NCBI GenBank assembly: GCA_028286565.1
Contig: JAQBRH010000004.1
Location: forward strand, 33,951-97,950
Origin: Parcubacteria group bacterium
GTDB taxonomy: Bacteria > Patescibacteriota > Minisyncoccia > Phycocordibacterales > Zambryskibacteraceae
Direction: 5' to 3'
DNA: 64,000 nt
Made by a program: the position numbers and the translations under genes. Of the stretch, positions 36,611 through 47,548 are shown in pieces. The number at the start of each line of letters is the position of its first letter. Position 1 is the first letter of the stretch. Below the pieces are notes generated by a model, which worked only from the letters and a program-made list of their open reading frames with translations, was not told the DNA's origin and ran no database searches.

Positions 36611-37492
36611 TTACAATTTTTCCTCTGCTTCGATGAATTCGTCGAGGTCGCCGTCTTCGAGGACCTTGTCCGCATTCGACGTCTCGACGTTCGTGCGGTG
36701 ATCTTTGACCATCTTGTATGGATGGAGGACGTACGAGCGGATCTGGCTTCCCCATTCGTTCTCGGTCGTCTTTGAGATGTACATCCCGCTCTCCGCGGCC
36801 TTCCTCTCCGCTTCTAATTTTTTATAGAGTTTCGCTTCGAGCATTTCCATGGCGCGCGAGCGATTGTCCGCCTGGCTTCGTTCGCTCTCGACGTGAACGG
36901 CGAGCCCGGACGGGATGTGGACGAGGCGGACGGCAGTCTCTCGCTTGTTCACATTTTGTCCGCCGGGTCCCGAGGACTTTGAATATTCGATCTTGAGGTC
37001 TTCCGGAGGGATGTTCACTTCGCCTTCCTTTTCGAATTTTGGGATGACCTCGACCATGGAGAACGACGTCTGGCGGATGTCACCTTTGCCGAACGGCGAA
37101 ATGCGCACGAGGCGATGGACGCCGGATTCGTTCTTCAGCGTCCCATACGCGCCCTTGCCTTCCACATCGAGGGTGATGTTCCTGTATCCGTTGTGATTGT
37201 TCTCGTTCTTGTTCAAGACGAAATATTTAAAATTCTTTCGTTCAAAGTACTTCATATACATTTCAAGCAGCATGCGGGTAAAGTCTTCGGCGTCGTCGCC
37301 TCCCGCGCCCGAGTAAATGGTCATGACCGCATTGCCCTTGTCATATTTCCCCACACCTTCGAGTTCGTCTTTGAGGTTCTGCAGTTCTTTGATGGTCGCC
37401 TGGGCCTTATCTTTGTTCGACCAAAAATCCGCCGCACTCATCTCGGCTTCAATAGATTCTATTTTCTTTTTGATCTCATCAGGGGATGCCAT
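36611..37492 (-). CDS. prfB: Peptide chain release factor 2 (shortened N-terminal domain)
   Basis: GVHRLVRISPF (SPF motif), GPGGQNVNK and WGSQIRSYVLHPY. Confidence 0.92.
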   Translation of the reverse strand: MASPDEIKKKIESIEAEMSAADFWSNKDKAQATIKELQNLKDELEGVGKYDKGNAVMTIYSGAGGDDAEDFTRMLLEMYMKYFERKNFKYFVLNKNENNHNGYRNITLDVEGKGAYGTLKNESGVHRLVRISPFGKGDIRQTSFSMVEVIPKFEKEGEVNIPPEDLKIEYSKSSGPGGQNVNKRETAVRLVHIPSGLAVHVESERSQADNRSRAMEMLEAKLYKKLEAERKAAESGMYISKTTENEWGSQIRSYVLHPYKMVKDHRTNVETSNADKVLEDGDLDEFIEAEEKL

Positions 37493-37567
37493 GGAGCCAA
37501 AGGCCGGGATCGAACCGGCGACCTATCCCTTACGAAGGGATTGCTCTACCAACTGAGCTACTTTGGC
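37492..37567 (-). tRNA. tRNA-Thr(CGT)
   Basis: GCCAAAG...ATCCC-TTCGTAA-GGGAT...GGTTCGATCCC...CTTTGGC-T-CCA. Confidence 0.95.
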
Positions 37568-37671
37568 GAGTGAGGAACAAAAGAGATGTGTACATATCTT
37601 TTGGTTCCGAACGATGCCAAAGGGAGCGATAGCTCCTCTTGGCAGATTTCGCCCTACGTCTGGGCGGGCGA

Positions 37672-37747
37672 TGGAGCCAAGACCCGGGATCGAACCGGGG
37701 ACCTCTTCCTTACCATGGAAGTGCTCTACCGACTGAGCTATCTTGGC
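37672..37747 (-). tRNA. tRNA-Thr(GGT)
   Basis: GCCAAGA...CTTCC-ATGGTAA-GGAAG...GGTTCGATCCC...TCTTGGC-T-CCA. Confidence 0.95.
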
Positions 37748-37835
37748 ATGCGAAACGTCCTCGAATAGTAGTACAAACTAAGGACTTTTTCAATTATACA
37801 AAAACCCCGCACTCGGCGGGGTTTTTGAGGCCAAG

Positions 37836-38009
37836 CTATTGGGTAGCTCCTCCGGTGCCTCCCGTATTGAGGTTCACATCGACCGTGCTTGGGACGGATG
37901 TCCCGCCGCGGTGATAGAAGCCGAAGTAGAATGCGAGGCCGATGATGAGAATGATGACCACAGAGATAAGCACAGTGGTCGCACTTGAGTTGTTGCTTGT
38001 GTTTTCCAT
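37836..38009 (-). CDS. Small single-TM protein, 57 aa (not in ORF track)
   Basis: MENTSNNSSATTVLISVVIILIIGLAFYFGFYHRGG...; followed by a terminator hairpin near 37800-37826. Confidence 0.65.
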   Translation of the reverse strand: MENTSNNSSATTVLISVVIILIIGLAFYFGFYHRGGTSVPSTVDVNLNTGGTGGATQ

Positions 38010-38025
38010 TTGGATAATGAATTAA

Positions 38026-38736
38026 CTATTCTAATGCCGGCGGATTGGCAAGGCACATCTTTAGAGCTTGGGTCTGGGTCCACCCGCACCGACCCGTGGC
38101 CTGGCGTTCACAGCGAGCTGTTTTGTAGCAGGCGTAGCTCGCCGTGTATTCGCATGTGGATATGGAGCCCTGAGTGTCAGTACAAAGCTGGCCCGAACAT
38201 CCTCCCACGTAGCACCCGCCTGTAGAGACGGGCGTCGGAGCCTTACCTTTCTCGATGTCAAAAGTGAAAACATAGTCGGCCGGAGAGATCCCCGTCGTTG
38301 TTTTCAATGGATCGGAAGAGACAAATTTGATGGTCTCGGCTTCGGTGGTGACGGTCTCTCCGAGCTTGATGATCGGGGTGCTCGTGCCCATCCCCGAATG
38401 CACAGAAAGGCGCACGCGAAGCGTCCCCGCCTGGATGCACTGCACTCCGGCCGGACAGCGCGAATCCTCGACGACCGCGGTCGGAGTAACCGAGATGTCC
38501 GCAAATCGGGCGGTCTGGTTGAGGTGAAGCTTCACTTGTCCGTACGGAAGAGCCGAAGATGAACCGCTGGGTACATTGCCTATCGGAGTAGTGGTCGAGA
38601 CCACGGGTGTAGAGGACGAGGTGTTCCCCGCCGGATACGCACCGCTATCTTTGGAAGACACGAACCAGGCGAGTCCTCCGGCGAGGATAAGGACAAGGAG
38701 CATGGATTTGACCGGGAACGATGTTCGATGATTCAT
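38026..38736 (-). CDS. Secreted protein with C-terminal cysteine-cluster domain
   Basis: Signal/TM; DSRCPAGVQCIQAG; CYVGGCSGQLC...TCE...ACY...CGW. Confidence 0.75.
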   Translation of the reverse strand: MNHRTSFPVKSMLLVLILAGGLAWFVSSKDSGAYPAGNTSSSTPVVSTTTPIGNVPSGSSSALPYGQVKLHLNQTARFADISVTPTAVVEDSRCPAGVQCIQAGTLRVRLSVHSGMGTSTPIIKLGETVTTEAETIKFVSSDPLKTTTGISPADYVFTFDIEKGKAPTPVSTGGCYVGGCSGQLCTDTQGSISTCEYTASYACYKTARCERQATGRCGWTQTQALKMCLANPPALE

Positions 38737-39126
38737 TTATTTTTTAGTTGTTTTAGTTTTGGATCGCGAAGCGCTCGCTCGAACGGGCTTTCGTACAGCC
38801 TTCTTTGGGAGAGAACCTCGGGAGATGCTTCTCCACTGTCTTTTAAGGTCGGTGGCCAGGGCGAGGATCTCCTCCTTTGGGATCTTGCCCGCGACCGCAT
38901 TCGCTCGTGCGACTGTATCTACTATATCATTGTAGACCGGCTCGCTCATCTCGCGGGCATCCTCCATCTTCTCGAGCACTTCGCCTTTCATTCGTACCAT
39001 CCATCCCTTCATCTTCTTTTGATGCTTCTTGCCATCAGGGCCAAGGAAGAAATAGATCCCGGCCGCAAGCGTTGCAAGTCCGGCGCCCATAAGCGCTCTA
39101 TCTTTCATATCTGAACTATTTGCCAT
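38737..39126 (-). CDS. Hypothetical protein (YtxH-like N-terminus, Lys-rich tail)
   Basis: GAGLATLAAGIYFFLGPDGKK followed by a helical region. Confidence 0.65.
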   Translation of the reverse strand: MANSSDMKDRALMGAGLATLAAGIYFFLGPDGKKHQKKMKGWMVRMKGEVLEKMEDAREMSEPVYNDIVDTVARANAVAGKIPKEEILALATDLKRQWRSISRGSLPKKAVRKPVRASASRSKTKTTKK

Positions 39127-39364
39127 GTTTTTTCTTTTTTTTGAATAAAAGTTGATACAGGAAGCTGTCGCGGATATCCTCTCCCATCTCTTTGACCTCT
39201 TCGGTCGCGTCCTTGGTGTTCTCGGCTATCTTATGGACATAGACCTCGAGCCGCTTCACGGCGCCCACTATGTAGACGAGGGCCCACAGCAATCCGGCCG
39301 AGACGAGGACAACGGCGATGGTCGTAACGAAGAAAAAGATATCTGCATGCACAAGCGTGTCCAT
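39116..39364 (-). CDS. Small membrane protein
   Basis: MDTLVHADIFFFVTTIAVV, then a coiled coil. Confidence 0.7.
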   Translation of the reverse strand: MDTLVHADIFFFVTTIAVVLVSAGLLWALVYIVGAVKRLEVYVHKIAENTKDATEEVKEMGEDIRDSFLYQLLFKKKKKHGK

Positions 39365-39400
39365 ATATATAGAGACGTATGCCCGGAGGGACACTTTCAC

Positions 39401-39745
39401 TCAGTAGTCTGTCGGAAATTTGAGGACGCCGAACGTCACAAGGACGACGAGGAGGCCTGTGACGAACACGACCATACAAACATCTACTATAAGATTTTTA
39501 CGCGTGTATTCCTTCTTAATTTCAGAATAGCGCGACAAGCCATAATGCATCATCAAAAGGCCTAGTACATTGGTGAGCCAATAGCCGAGAATGATCGATG
39601 GGAGAAAATAAGCTTTAGAGACAAGACTTACAAGAGAAGCGAACACATAGGCCAAGGGGATATTGATAAAGATATCGTTCCAAGGAGTGAGGGGCGACAA
39701 AAGAAAGCCGATAAGGGCTATAAATCCGTGGAGCTTTTTGTTCAT
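39401..39745 (-). CDS. Membrane protein
   Basis: GFLLSPLTPWNDIFINIPLAY...GYWLTNVLG. Confidence 0.7.
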   Translation of the reverse strand: MNKKLHGFIALIGFLLSPLTPWNDIFINIPLAYVFASLVSLVSKAYFLPSIILGYWLTNVLGLLMMHYGLSRYSEIKKEYTRKNLIVDVCMVVFVTGLLVVLVTFGVLKFPTDY

Positions 39746-39795
39746 TGAATTAATATATCAACCAAAATAGAACCTGGCAGATCCTTATATAAGTG

Positions 39796-39866
39796 TTGCG
39801 GGTACCCGATTTGCACGGATGCCTACAGGTTATGAGCCTGTCGAGGTACTGCTCCTCCAACCCGCT
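39796..39866 (-). tRNA. Initiator tRNA-fMet(CAT)
   Basis: AGCGGGT...ACAGG-CTCATAA-CCTGT...ACCCGCA-A; the 1:72 mismatch marks it as initiator. Confidence 0.85.
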
Positions 39867-39995
39867 ATCCCTATATTATACGCCATCTATTCCAAAAATC
39901 AAGATTTTGTATTATAGTTCCTGGACTTGCCGGTGTACTCTGTACGTCGGCTGCGTTCGGAGATAGAGGGTGTACACATCCTCTCCCCCTCACTT

Positions 39996-40066
39996 GCCGG
40001 TGTAGTTCAATGGTAGAACGGAGGACTCATAAGCCTTAGACAATGGTTCGATTCCATTCATCGGCA
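39996..40066 (+). tRNA. tRNA with CAT anticodon (elongator Met or Ile2)
   Basis: GCCGGTG...GAGGA-CTCATAA-GCCTT...GGTTCGATTCC...CATCGGC-A; identity cannot be resolved by eye. Confidence 0.85.
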
Positions 40067-40075
40067 CAAGGTGTG

Positions 40076-40104
40076 TTGTGACAGCACAAGAATTCTGTTA
40101 CATT
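40076..40104 (+). promoter_or_regulatory. Sigma-70-type promoter for the leader plus tRNA-Asp
   Basis: TTGTGA-N17-TACATT with the TG extended -10. Confidence 0.55.
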
Positions 40105-40197
40105 ACATCCGATTAGGGCACTTGCGGCAGTACTAAATCGTACATCCGCTCGGCTCGGAATCAATAGAAAAGCAAGCTTCTCAATTGTTCCTCACTT

Positions 40198-40269
40198 GCG
40201 GCTGTAGCTCAACGGTAGAGCACTCCCCTGTCACGGGAGAGGCCGTGGGGTCAGCACCCATCAGCCGCG
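40198..40269 (+). tRNA. tRNA-Asp(GTC) with non-canonical T-loop
   Basis: GCGGCTG...CTCCC-CTGTCAC-GGGAG...GTGGG-GTCAGCA-CCCAT-CAGCCGC-G. Confidence 0.9.
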
Positions 40270-40455
40270 CAAAGAAAAATCCCTTCGGGGATTTTTTCGT
40301 GCGGACTGAAGAAATGTCTAAACGACATTTCGTTGGGTGCTGACGGCCGGAGCGATGTCCCGCAAGTATGCGGGACCGCGAGGCGGGGTCGCGAAATTTC
40401 TGAGCGGCGGCGAAGAAATATTTGTGACCAGCACCCGAGTTGTTTATCAGCCGCG
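40270..40455 (+). ncRNA. Structured tRNA-Asp 3' trailer element (putative)
   Basis: Same architecture as the tRNA-Gln trailer and the identical core CGAGGCGGGGTCGC (40379-40392). Confidence 0.6.
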
Positions 40456-40581
40456 GCATGACAAGCTGCGTCACTGAATTCTTGCCTCTAGAACTTTAGA
40501 TTCTAAATTAGAACTTGACATTATATCATAAGTATGATTTACTAACTTCAGTTAGCACCCAAGCCCTCACAGGAGCAAAAC

Positions 40582-40767
40582 ATGGACTACGAGAAAGTAC
40601 TTGAAAAGGCAATGGAAGAAATCAGCTTCGGAGGCCACAATGGGGGCGAAGGGCAGAAAATTGCCTTTGGGCTCCTCGCACTGTCCTCTGCCGTTGTAGA
40701 AGCCTCAAAGAATCAGGTGCGCGCTGCAGAACTCGCTCTGCAAGCCGCCCAGCAAAGCTCTAGGTAG
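40582..40767 (+). CDS. Small hypothetical protein (single cassette at tRNA-Asp)
   Basis: AGGAG Shine-Dalgarno, TTGACA at 40515; lies between the trailer and an att-like site. Confidence 0.55.
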   Translation: MDYEKVLEKAMEEISFGGHNGGEGQKIAFGLLALSSAVVEASKNQVRAAELALQAAQQSSR

Positions 40768-40823
40768 ACACCTGCCGCTTGATACACAAATTCCAATGTG
40801 GATCGAGCGGTTTTTTAATGGCA

Positions 40824-40859
40824 GTTCCAACATCCTCCCCTACCCCGCGCAAAGAAAAA
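40824..40859 (+). repeat. att-like site, tRNA-Asp variant
   Basis: GTTCCAAC-ATCCT-CCCCT-ACCCCGC-GC-AAAGAAAAA; the last 15 nt duplicate 40265-40279. Confidence 0.75.
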
Positions 40860-40877
40860 ACTCCAACTTCGGAGTTT

Positions 40878-41534
40878 TTATATAACCTTGAATTCTTTAA
40901 ACACCGCCTCGTAGAGGGCAACGACGCGCTTGGCTTCGCGTTCATTGAGGTCAAAGGTTGAACCGTCGTGAGCGATCCTGTTCCTCACTTTATGCGCTTC
41001 CCACGCCGACTCGATGGTCAAAAAGTCGCTCGGCTCGACCGCCTTCAGCATGTCCCCGATCGAATCCCCATGGTATCCGCAGGCCCGGAGGAGGTCGTCG
41101 AGCATGATGTCCGCTTCGATGATCGCAAGCTTCCATTCGGCCGAATTGGCCGAGTTGATATGGGCCACGACCTTTTCCCATTTCCGGTTCGGAGGGGTGA
41201 CGAGCTCGTCGACCGCCTGCACGTCCGCGTGCATCCCATAGATGGCCTTTTCTTCTTCGATGATCTTCCCCATCTTCCTGACGACATAGGTGATCCCGAC
41301 GACGGCCGCCGCAGAAAGGACCACGGCCAAAAATTCGACCACCGGCCAGACGTTGCCGGCGAAGGCGGCGATGATCCGCGCCCAGATAGAATCATACGAA
41401 CCGACCCTCCAATACACGAGGAGGTCTTGAAGCCGCGAAAAAACGGCCCAGATAAAATAGAGGCCGAGGAGGAGAGATACGATCTCCACAAAGTGGTCTG
41501 ACTTCGGACCTTCTTCTTTTTTCTTTGGAGGCAT
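40878..41534 (-). CDS. Conserved hypothetical membrane protein
   Basis: Two TM segments; WKLAIIEADIMLD...G.SIGDMLK...AWEAHKVRNRIAH. Confidence 0.75.
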   Translation of the reverse strand: MPPKKKEEGPKSDHFVEIVSLLLGLYFIWAVFSRLQDLLVYWRVGSYDSIWARIIAAFAGNVWPVVEFLAVVLSAAAVVGITYVVRKMGKIIEEEKAIYGMHADVQAVDELVTPPNRKWEKVVAHINSANSAEWKLAIIEADIMLDDLLRACGYHGDSIGDMLKAVEPSDFLTIESAWEAHKVRNRIAHDGSTFDLNEREAKRVVALYEAVFKEFKVI

Positions 41535-41548
41535 AGGCTAATTGTACG

Positions 41549-42967
41549 CTATTCGCCCGAGAAATCTTTGCCCGCCCGAAAGAGATTGTCCTCTCGACCG
41601 AGATCGGCGGTCATAAGGATACCGAGCGGAAGGTCCTTGCCTTCGATCGAAACGCTTCCGTTCGGGACGGAGAGCGACGGAGCGCCGGTGATGTTCGCGG
41701 GCACGGTGAAAATATCGGCGAGGTACATATCCAGCGGCGAGGACTTCTCTCCGAACTTGAAAGCCGGGGTCGGAGTGGTCGGGGTCAAGATAAGGTCCAC
41801 CTCTTTGAAGGCTTCCCGAAGCTCGGCGGTGATGAGATCTTTGACCTTGAGAGCGCTCCCGTAGTACGCATCATAGTAGCCGCTTGAAAGCACATACGTG
41901 CCGAGGATGATCCTGCGCCTCACCTCTTTGCCGAATCCGGCTCCTCGAGTTTTAAAATAGTCCTCGATGCCGTCCTTTCCGTCCGCATGAAGGCCGAATT
42001 TCACTCCGTCGAACCGTCCGGTGTTCGAAGACACTTCCGCAGGGACGAGAATGTAGTACACAGAAAGGGCGTAGGCGATGTTCGGAAGCTCGATGTCTTT
42101 GACCGTGTATCCGAGCGATATGAATTTCTGAATGGCTTCATCCAAATTATCCTTGACCGCTTGGCTCACTCCTTCCCCAGCAAAGAACGCTCGAGGCACT
42201 CCGATAGTTTTATTAAATTCTTTCCCTGCAGCGTGGGTCGAGTCGTCGATCGTCGTGCTGTCCATCGGATCCTTCCCGCGGAGGACGTCGTAGACTGTTT
42301 CCGCATCCTCTACAGTTTTGGTGAAAGGTCCGATCTGGTCCAAGGACGAAGCCATGGCGATCAGGCCCGAGCGCGAGACTCGTCCGTAGGTCGGTTTGAA
42401 CCCGACCACCCCGCAGAACGCCGCCGGCTGTCTGATCGATCCGCCTGTATCCGAACCGAGAGAGACAAGGACCATATCCCCGGCTACGGCGGCGGCCGAT
42501 CCTCCGGATGATCCTCCGGGAACTCGGGACAGATCGCGAGGGTTCATGGTCGGGCCAAAGGCGCTGTTCTCCGTTGAAGCTCCCATGGCAAACTCGTCGC
42601 AGTTGGTGCGTCCGAGGATGACCGCTCCCGCTTCAAAGAGCTTGCTGACCGCAGTCGAGCTCGTCGGAGACACAAATCCCTCTAAAATTTTCGACGAGGC
42701 GCTCGCCCTGTGTCCGGCGACAGTGATGTTGTCTTTGAGGGCAAAAGGGATCCCGAGGAGCGGCAGATCGACGCCGGCTTTTATTTTCTTGTCCGCTTCC
42801 TCGGCCTGCCCGAGAGCGTCGTCAAACACTTCAAGGAATGCATGGATGTCTCCGTCCTTCTCCTTGATCGCTTCGATGCAAGCCTTCGTCAGATCGACCG
42901 AGGTGAACTCGCCTTTCTTCAAAGCTTCGCGTGCGCTTTTAATAGTGAGAGCGGCGAGGTCGATCAT
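41549..42967 (-). CDS. gatA: Glu/Asp-tRNA amidotransferase subunit A
   Basis: Amidase signature PGGSSGGSAAAVA...GSDTGGSIRQPAAFCG; EVRRRIILGTYVLSSGYYDAYY. Confidence 0.95.
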   Translation of the reverse strand: MIDLAALTIKSAREALKKGEFTSVDLTKACIEAIKEKDGDIHAFLEVFDDALGQAEEADKKIKAGVDLPLLGIPFALKDNITVAGHRASASSKILEGFVSPTSSTAVSKLFEAGAVILGRTNCDEFAMGASTENSAFGPTMNPRDLSRVPGGSSGGSAAAVAGDMVLVSLGSDTGGSIRQPAAFCGVVGFKPTYGRVSRSGLIAMASSLDQIGPFTKTVEDAETVYDVLRGKDPMDSTTIDDSTHAAGKEFNKTIGVPRAFFAGEGVSQAVKDNLDEAIQKFISLGYTVKDIELPNIAYALSVYYILVPAEVSSNTGRFDGVKFGLHADGKDGIEDYFKTRGAGFGKEVRRRIILGTYVLSSGYYDAYYGSALKVKDLITAELREAFKEVDLILTPTTPTPAFKFGEKSSPLDMYLADIFTVPANITGAPSLSVPNGSVSIEGKDLPLGILMTADLGREDNLFRAGKDFSGE

Positions 42968-43248
42968 CCGAGTATTTTTTTAACCTTTATATAATCTCCT
43001 TCCCGAGCCGGGGCTTCTTTCAAAATCGCTTCGGTATAGATTCCTGATTCGTGTGGATTAGTGTCTTCACGCATAACATTCCTGAGGGCGGGCTTTTCCT
43101 TATCCGATCCGGCTTTTGCATGCGCTTTCTTCACCTCGCCGACATAGCCGAGGATCGAGTCGAACTCCTTGGCGAGGTTCTCCGCCTCGCTGTCCGAGAT
43201 CTCTATTCGGACCAATGTGGAGAGTTTTAAGACTTCTTCCCTGTTCAT
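42964..43248 (-). CDS. gatC: Glu/Asp-tRNA amidotransferase subunit C
   Basis: EEVLKLSTLVRI...ILGYV...NVMRED...YIKVKKIL; directly upstream of gatA. Confidence 0.9.
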   Translation of the reverse strand: MNREEVLKLSTLVRIEISDSEAENLAKEFDSILGYVGEVKKAHAKAGSDKEKPALRNVMREDTNPHESGIYTEAILKEAPAREGDYIKVKKILG

Positions 43249-43252
43249 AACC

Positions 43253-45740
<2,488 letters not shown>

Positions 45741-45744
<4 letters not shown>

Positions 45745-46283
45745 GTTCGTGTTTGCCAATCAAAGATATTTTCCCGCGCTTGGAAGATGCGGTCGACGTT
45801 TCCCCTCTTCCAGGTGATCTGGACGAGAACCGAGACTTCATGCTGGTTGATCGGCGTGACCTGCATTTCCCTCCTAAAGATAGTGTCGTAGCTCGAATTG
45901 CCCAAATTATATCCGTAGAACCCGCTCGTCGGATCCTTTTGGACGAACGGGCACGAGTTAAAGTCTCCGTCCGAGTTGCACCAGATAATAGAGTTGTTGG
46001 GCACGTCCACGGTGCAGACATTCAAAAGTCCGGCATTAACATCAACAACGCATAAGCTAAGATTGTTGAGCCACGGCTGGCTTTGCAGAGCGTTCGTATC
46101 TCTGACGTTTCTGATGTATTCGACTCCTTCCTGAGCAAGATAAAAGGCGATCACTTGATCTCGCGCATACGTCGAAGCGGTGATGCCCGTCTGAGCCGCA
46201 CTAAAGGCGCCGGTCACGGCGAGTATCAGGACCGTCGTTGCCACCAAGCTTTCCACCAATGTAAATCCGAGGTTTTTTTTCAT
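45741..46283 (-). CDS. Minor pilin, PilV-like
   Basis: GFTLVESLVA and A.YLAQEGVEYIRN.RD. Confidence 0.8.
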
Positions 46284-46284
46284 A

Positions 46285-46845
46285 TTAGCTGTCAAGTGAT
46301 CTCTGAGACACGAGCGTCTCTAGGCTAAAGTCAGACTTATCCGAACTTCTTGCTCCCGCGCTTCCTCTGATCTTGATGATGACCTTCGGCTGCAAGAGAT
46401 CCGGCCCGGAGCCGAGCACATAAAACTCGAGGTTCTGGATGTTGATCTCCGGAGCGGTCACAGCAGTGTAGGTCGGAGTAGAGGCGGTGCCGTCCACGGA
46501 CTTCTCGAGCGAAGTGCCGTTGAACCGGTAGACGATCTGGGTAACCCCGTCGTTCGCGAGGAAGCTGACAAGGCGTCCGGGCTGGCTGATGAGGATACAA
46601 TTCGTCGGCGTCGTGAACGGAGGCGAGGCTTGGGCGCTCGTATCGCAATGATACTTGGATCCGAACCTCATCTCTCGAGACATTGTCTCGACCGCGAAGT
46701 TCAAGTTGTCGATGGTCGTTTTCTGAGTACCGACCTTGTTATTGGCGTTGAATATTCCGATGATAGCCCCCATGGAGATGGTCATGATCACCAAGAAAAT
46801 GGAGATGGCGGTCAAAATTTCAATAAGTGTAAATCCTTTTTTCAT
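46285..46845 (-). CDS. Minor pilin, PilW-like
   Basis: KGFTLIEIL and MSREMRFG. Confidence 0.8.
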   Translation of the reverse strand: MKKGFTLIEILTAISIFLVIMTISMGAIIGIFNANNKVGTQKTTIDNLNFAVETMSREMRFGSKYHCDTSAQASPPFTTPTNCILISQPGRLVSFLANDGVTQIVYRFNGTSLEKSVDGTASTPTYTAVTAPEINIQNLEFYVLGSGPDLLQPKVIIKIRGSAGARSSDKSDFSLETLVSQRSLDS

Positions 46846-46846
46846 A

Positions 46847-47548
46847 TTAGTGGACGGAAATTTGGCCGGTCATATATACATCGACGCTCGAGGTCGCGCT
46901 CGACGGAGACAAGAGCTTGATGCGAAGACCCTTGCACGTCGTTGGAGTACAAATGAAGTAGAGTCCGGGAAAACTCGAGTTGCCCATGAGGACGATGCTC
47001 GCATCGGTGTTCGGCCGGAGAAAGCTGATATTCGCTCCTCCGATCGGGATGACGTTCGAACACGATATGCTGCCGTTCACGGCGATCAGGCACAGGTCTT
47101 CGATCTGGTTCCCGCCCGTTATCGGGATCTTTTGGATGCATTCGGAATCGGGAACGGCGGAGAGGGTCGGACACGTCGGCCCGCTATCGTATATCTTGTT
47201 CTTCGGCTGGCCTCCCTGCGGCCTATCCGCAAAGAATGTGAAGGTGGTCTTGGCGAGAGGATCGGTCGAAGGGACGATATTAAAATACACTCCGTACGCA
47301 TCGGTGAACTCGGTGCTCGCAGCGCCGGGCTTGAATCCTTGAACGCTTGTCCCGTATACCTGAGCCTGCCTGACCGTCAGGGCGATGTCGTTCGCAAGAT
47401 TTTTCAAAGACGCCCCTTTGCTGTACGTCGACTGGTTCGGAATGACCACGCTGATGATCACGAGCATGATGCCAATAGACACAAGCACTTCGAGGAGGGT
47501 GAAAGCGCGGAGAGCGGAAGCGTGTGATTTAGATGAGCGAGATGACAT
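46847..47548 (-). CDS. Minor pilin, FimT/FimU-like
   Basis: RAFTLLEVLVSIGI and LTVRQAQ...YGVYF. Confidence 0.78.
   Translation of the reverse strand: MSSRSSKSHASALRAFTLLEVLVSIGIMLVIISVVIPNQSTYSKGASLKNLANDIALTVRQAQVYGTSVQGFKPGAASTEFTDAYGVYFNIVPSTDPLAKTTFTFFADRPQGGQPKNKIYDSGPTCPTLSAVPDSECIQKIPITGGNQIEDLCLIAVNGSISCSNVIPIGGANISFLRPNTDASIVLMGNSSFPGLYFICTPTTCKGLRIKLLSPSSATSSVDVYMTGQISVH

Noticed and set aside
37480-37580. Programmed +1 frameshift with an upstream prfB segment
   Set aside because: The sequence upstream of the ATG is tRNA-Thr, and no CTT-TGA slippery site or short upstream ORF is present.
40198-40455. Group I intron in or next to tRNA-Asp
   Set aside because: The cloverleaf is contiguous, and the trailer lies outside the tRNA with no recognisable group I core.
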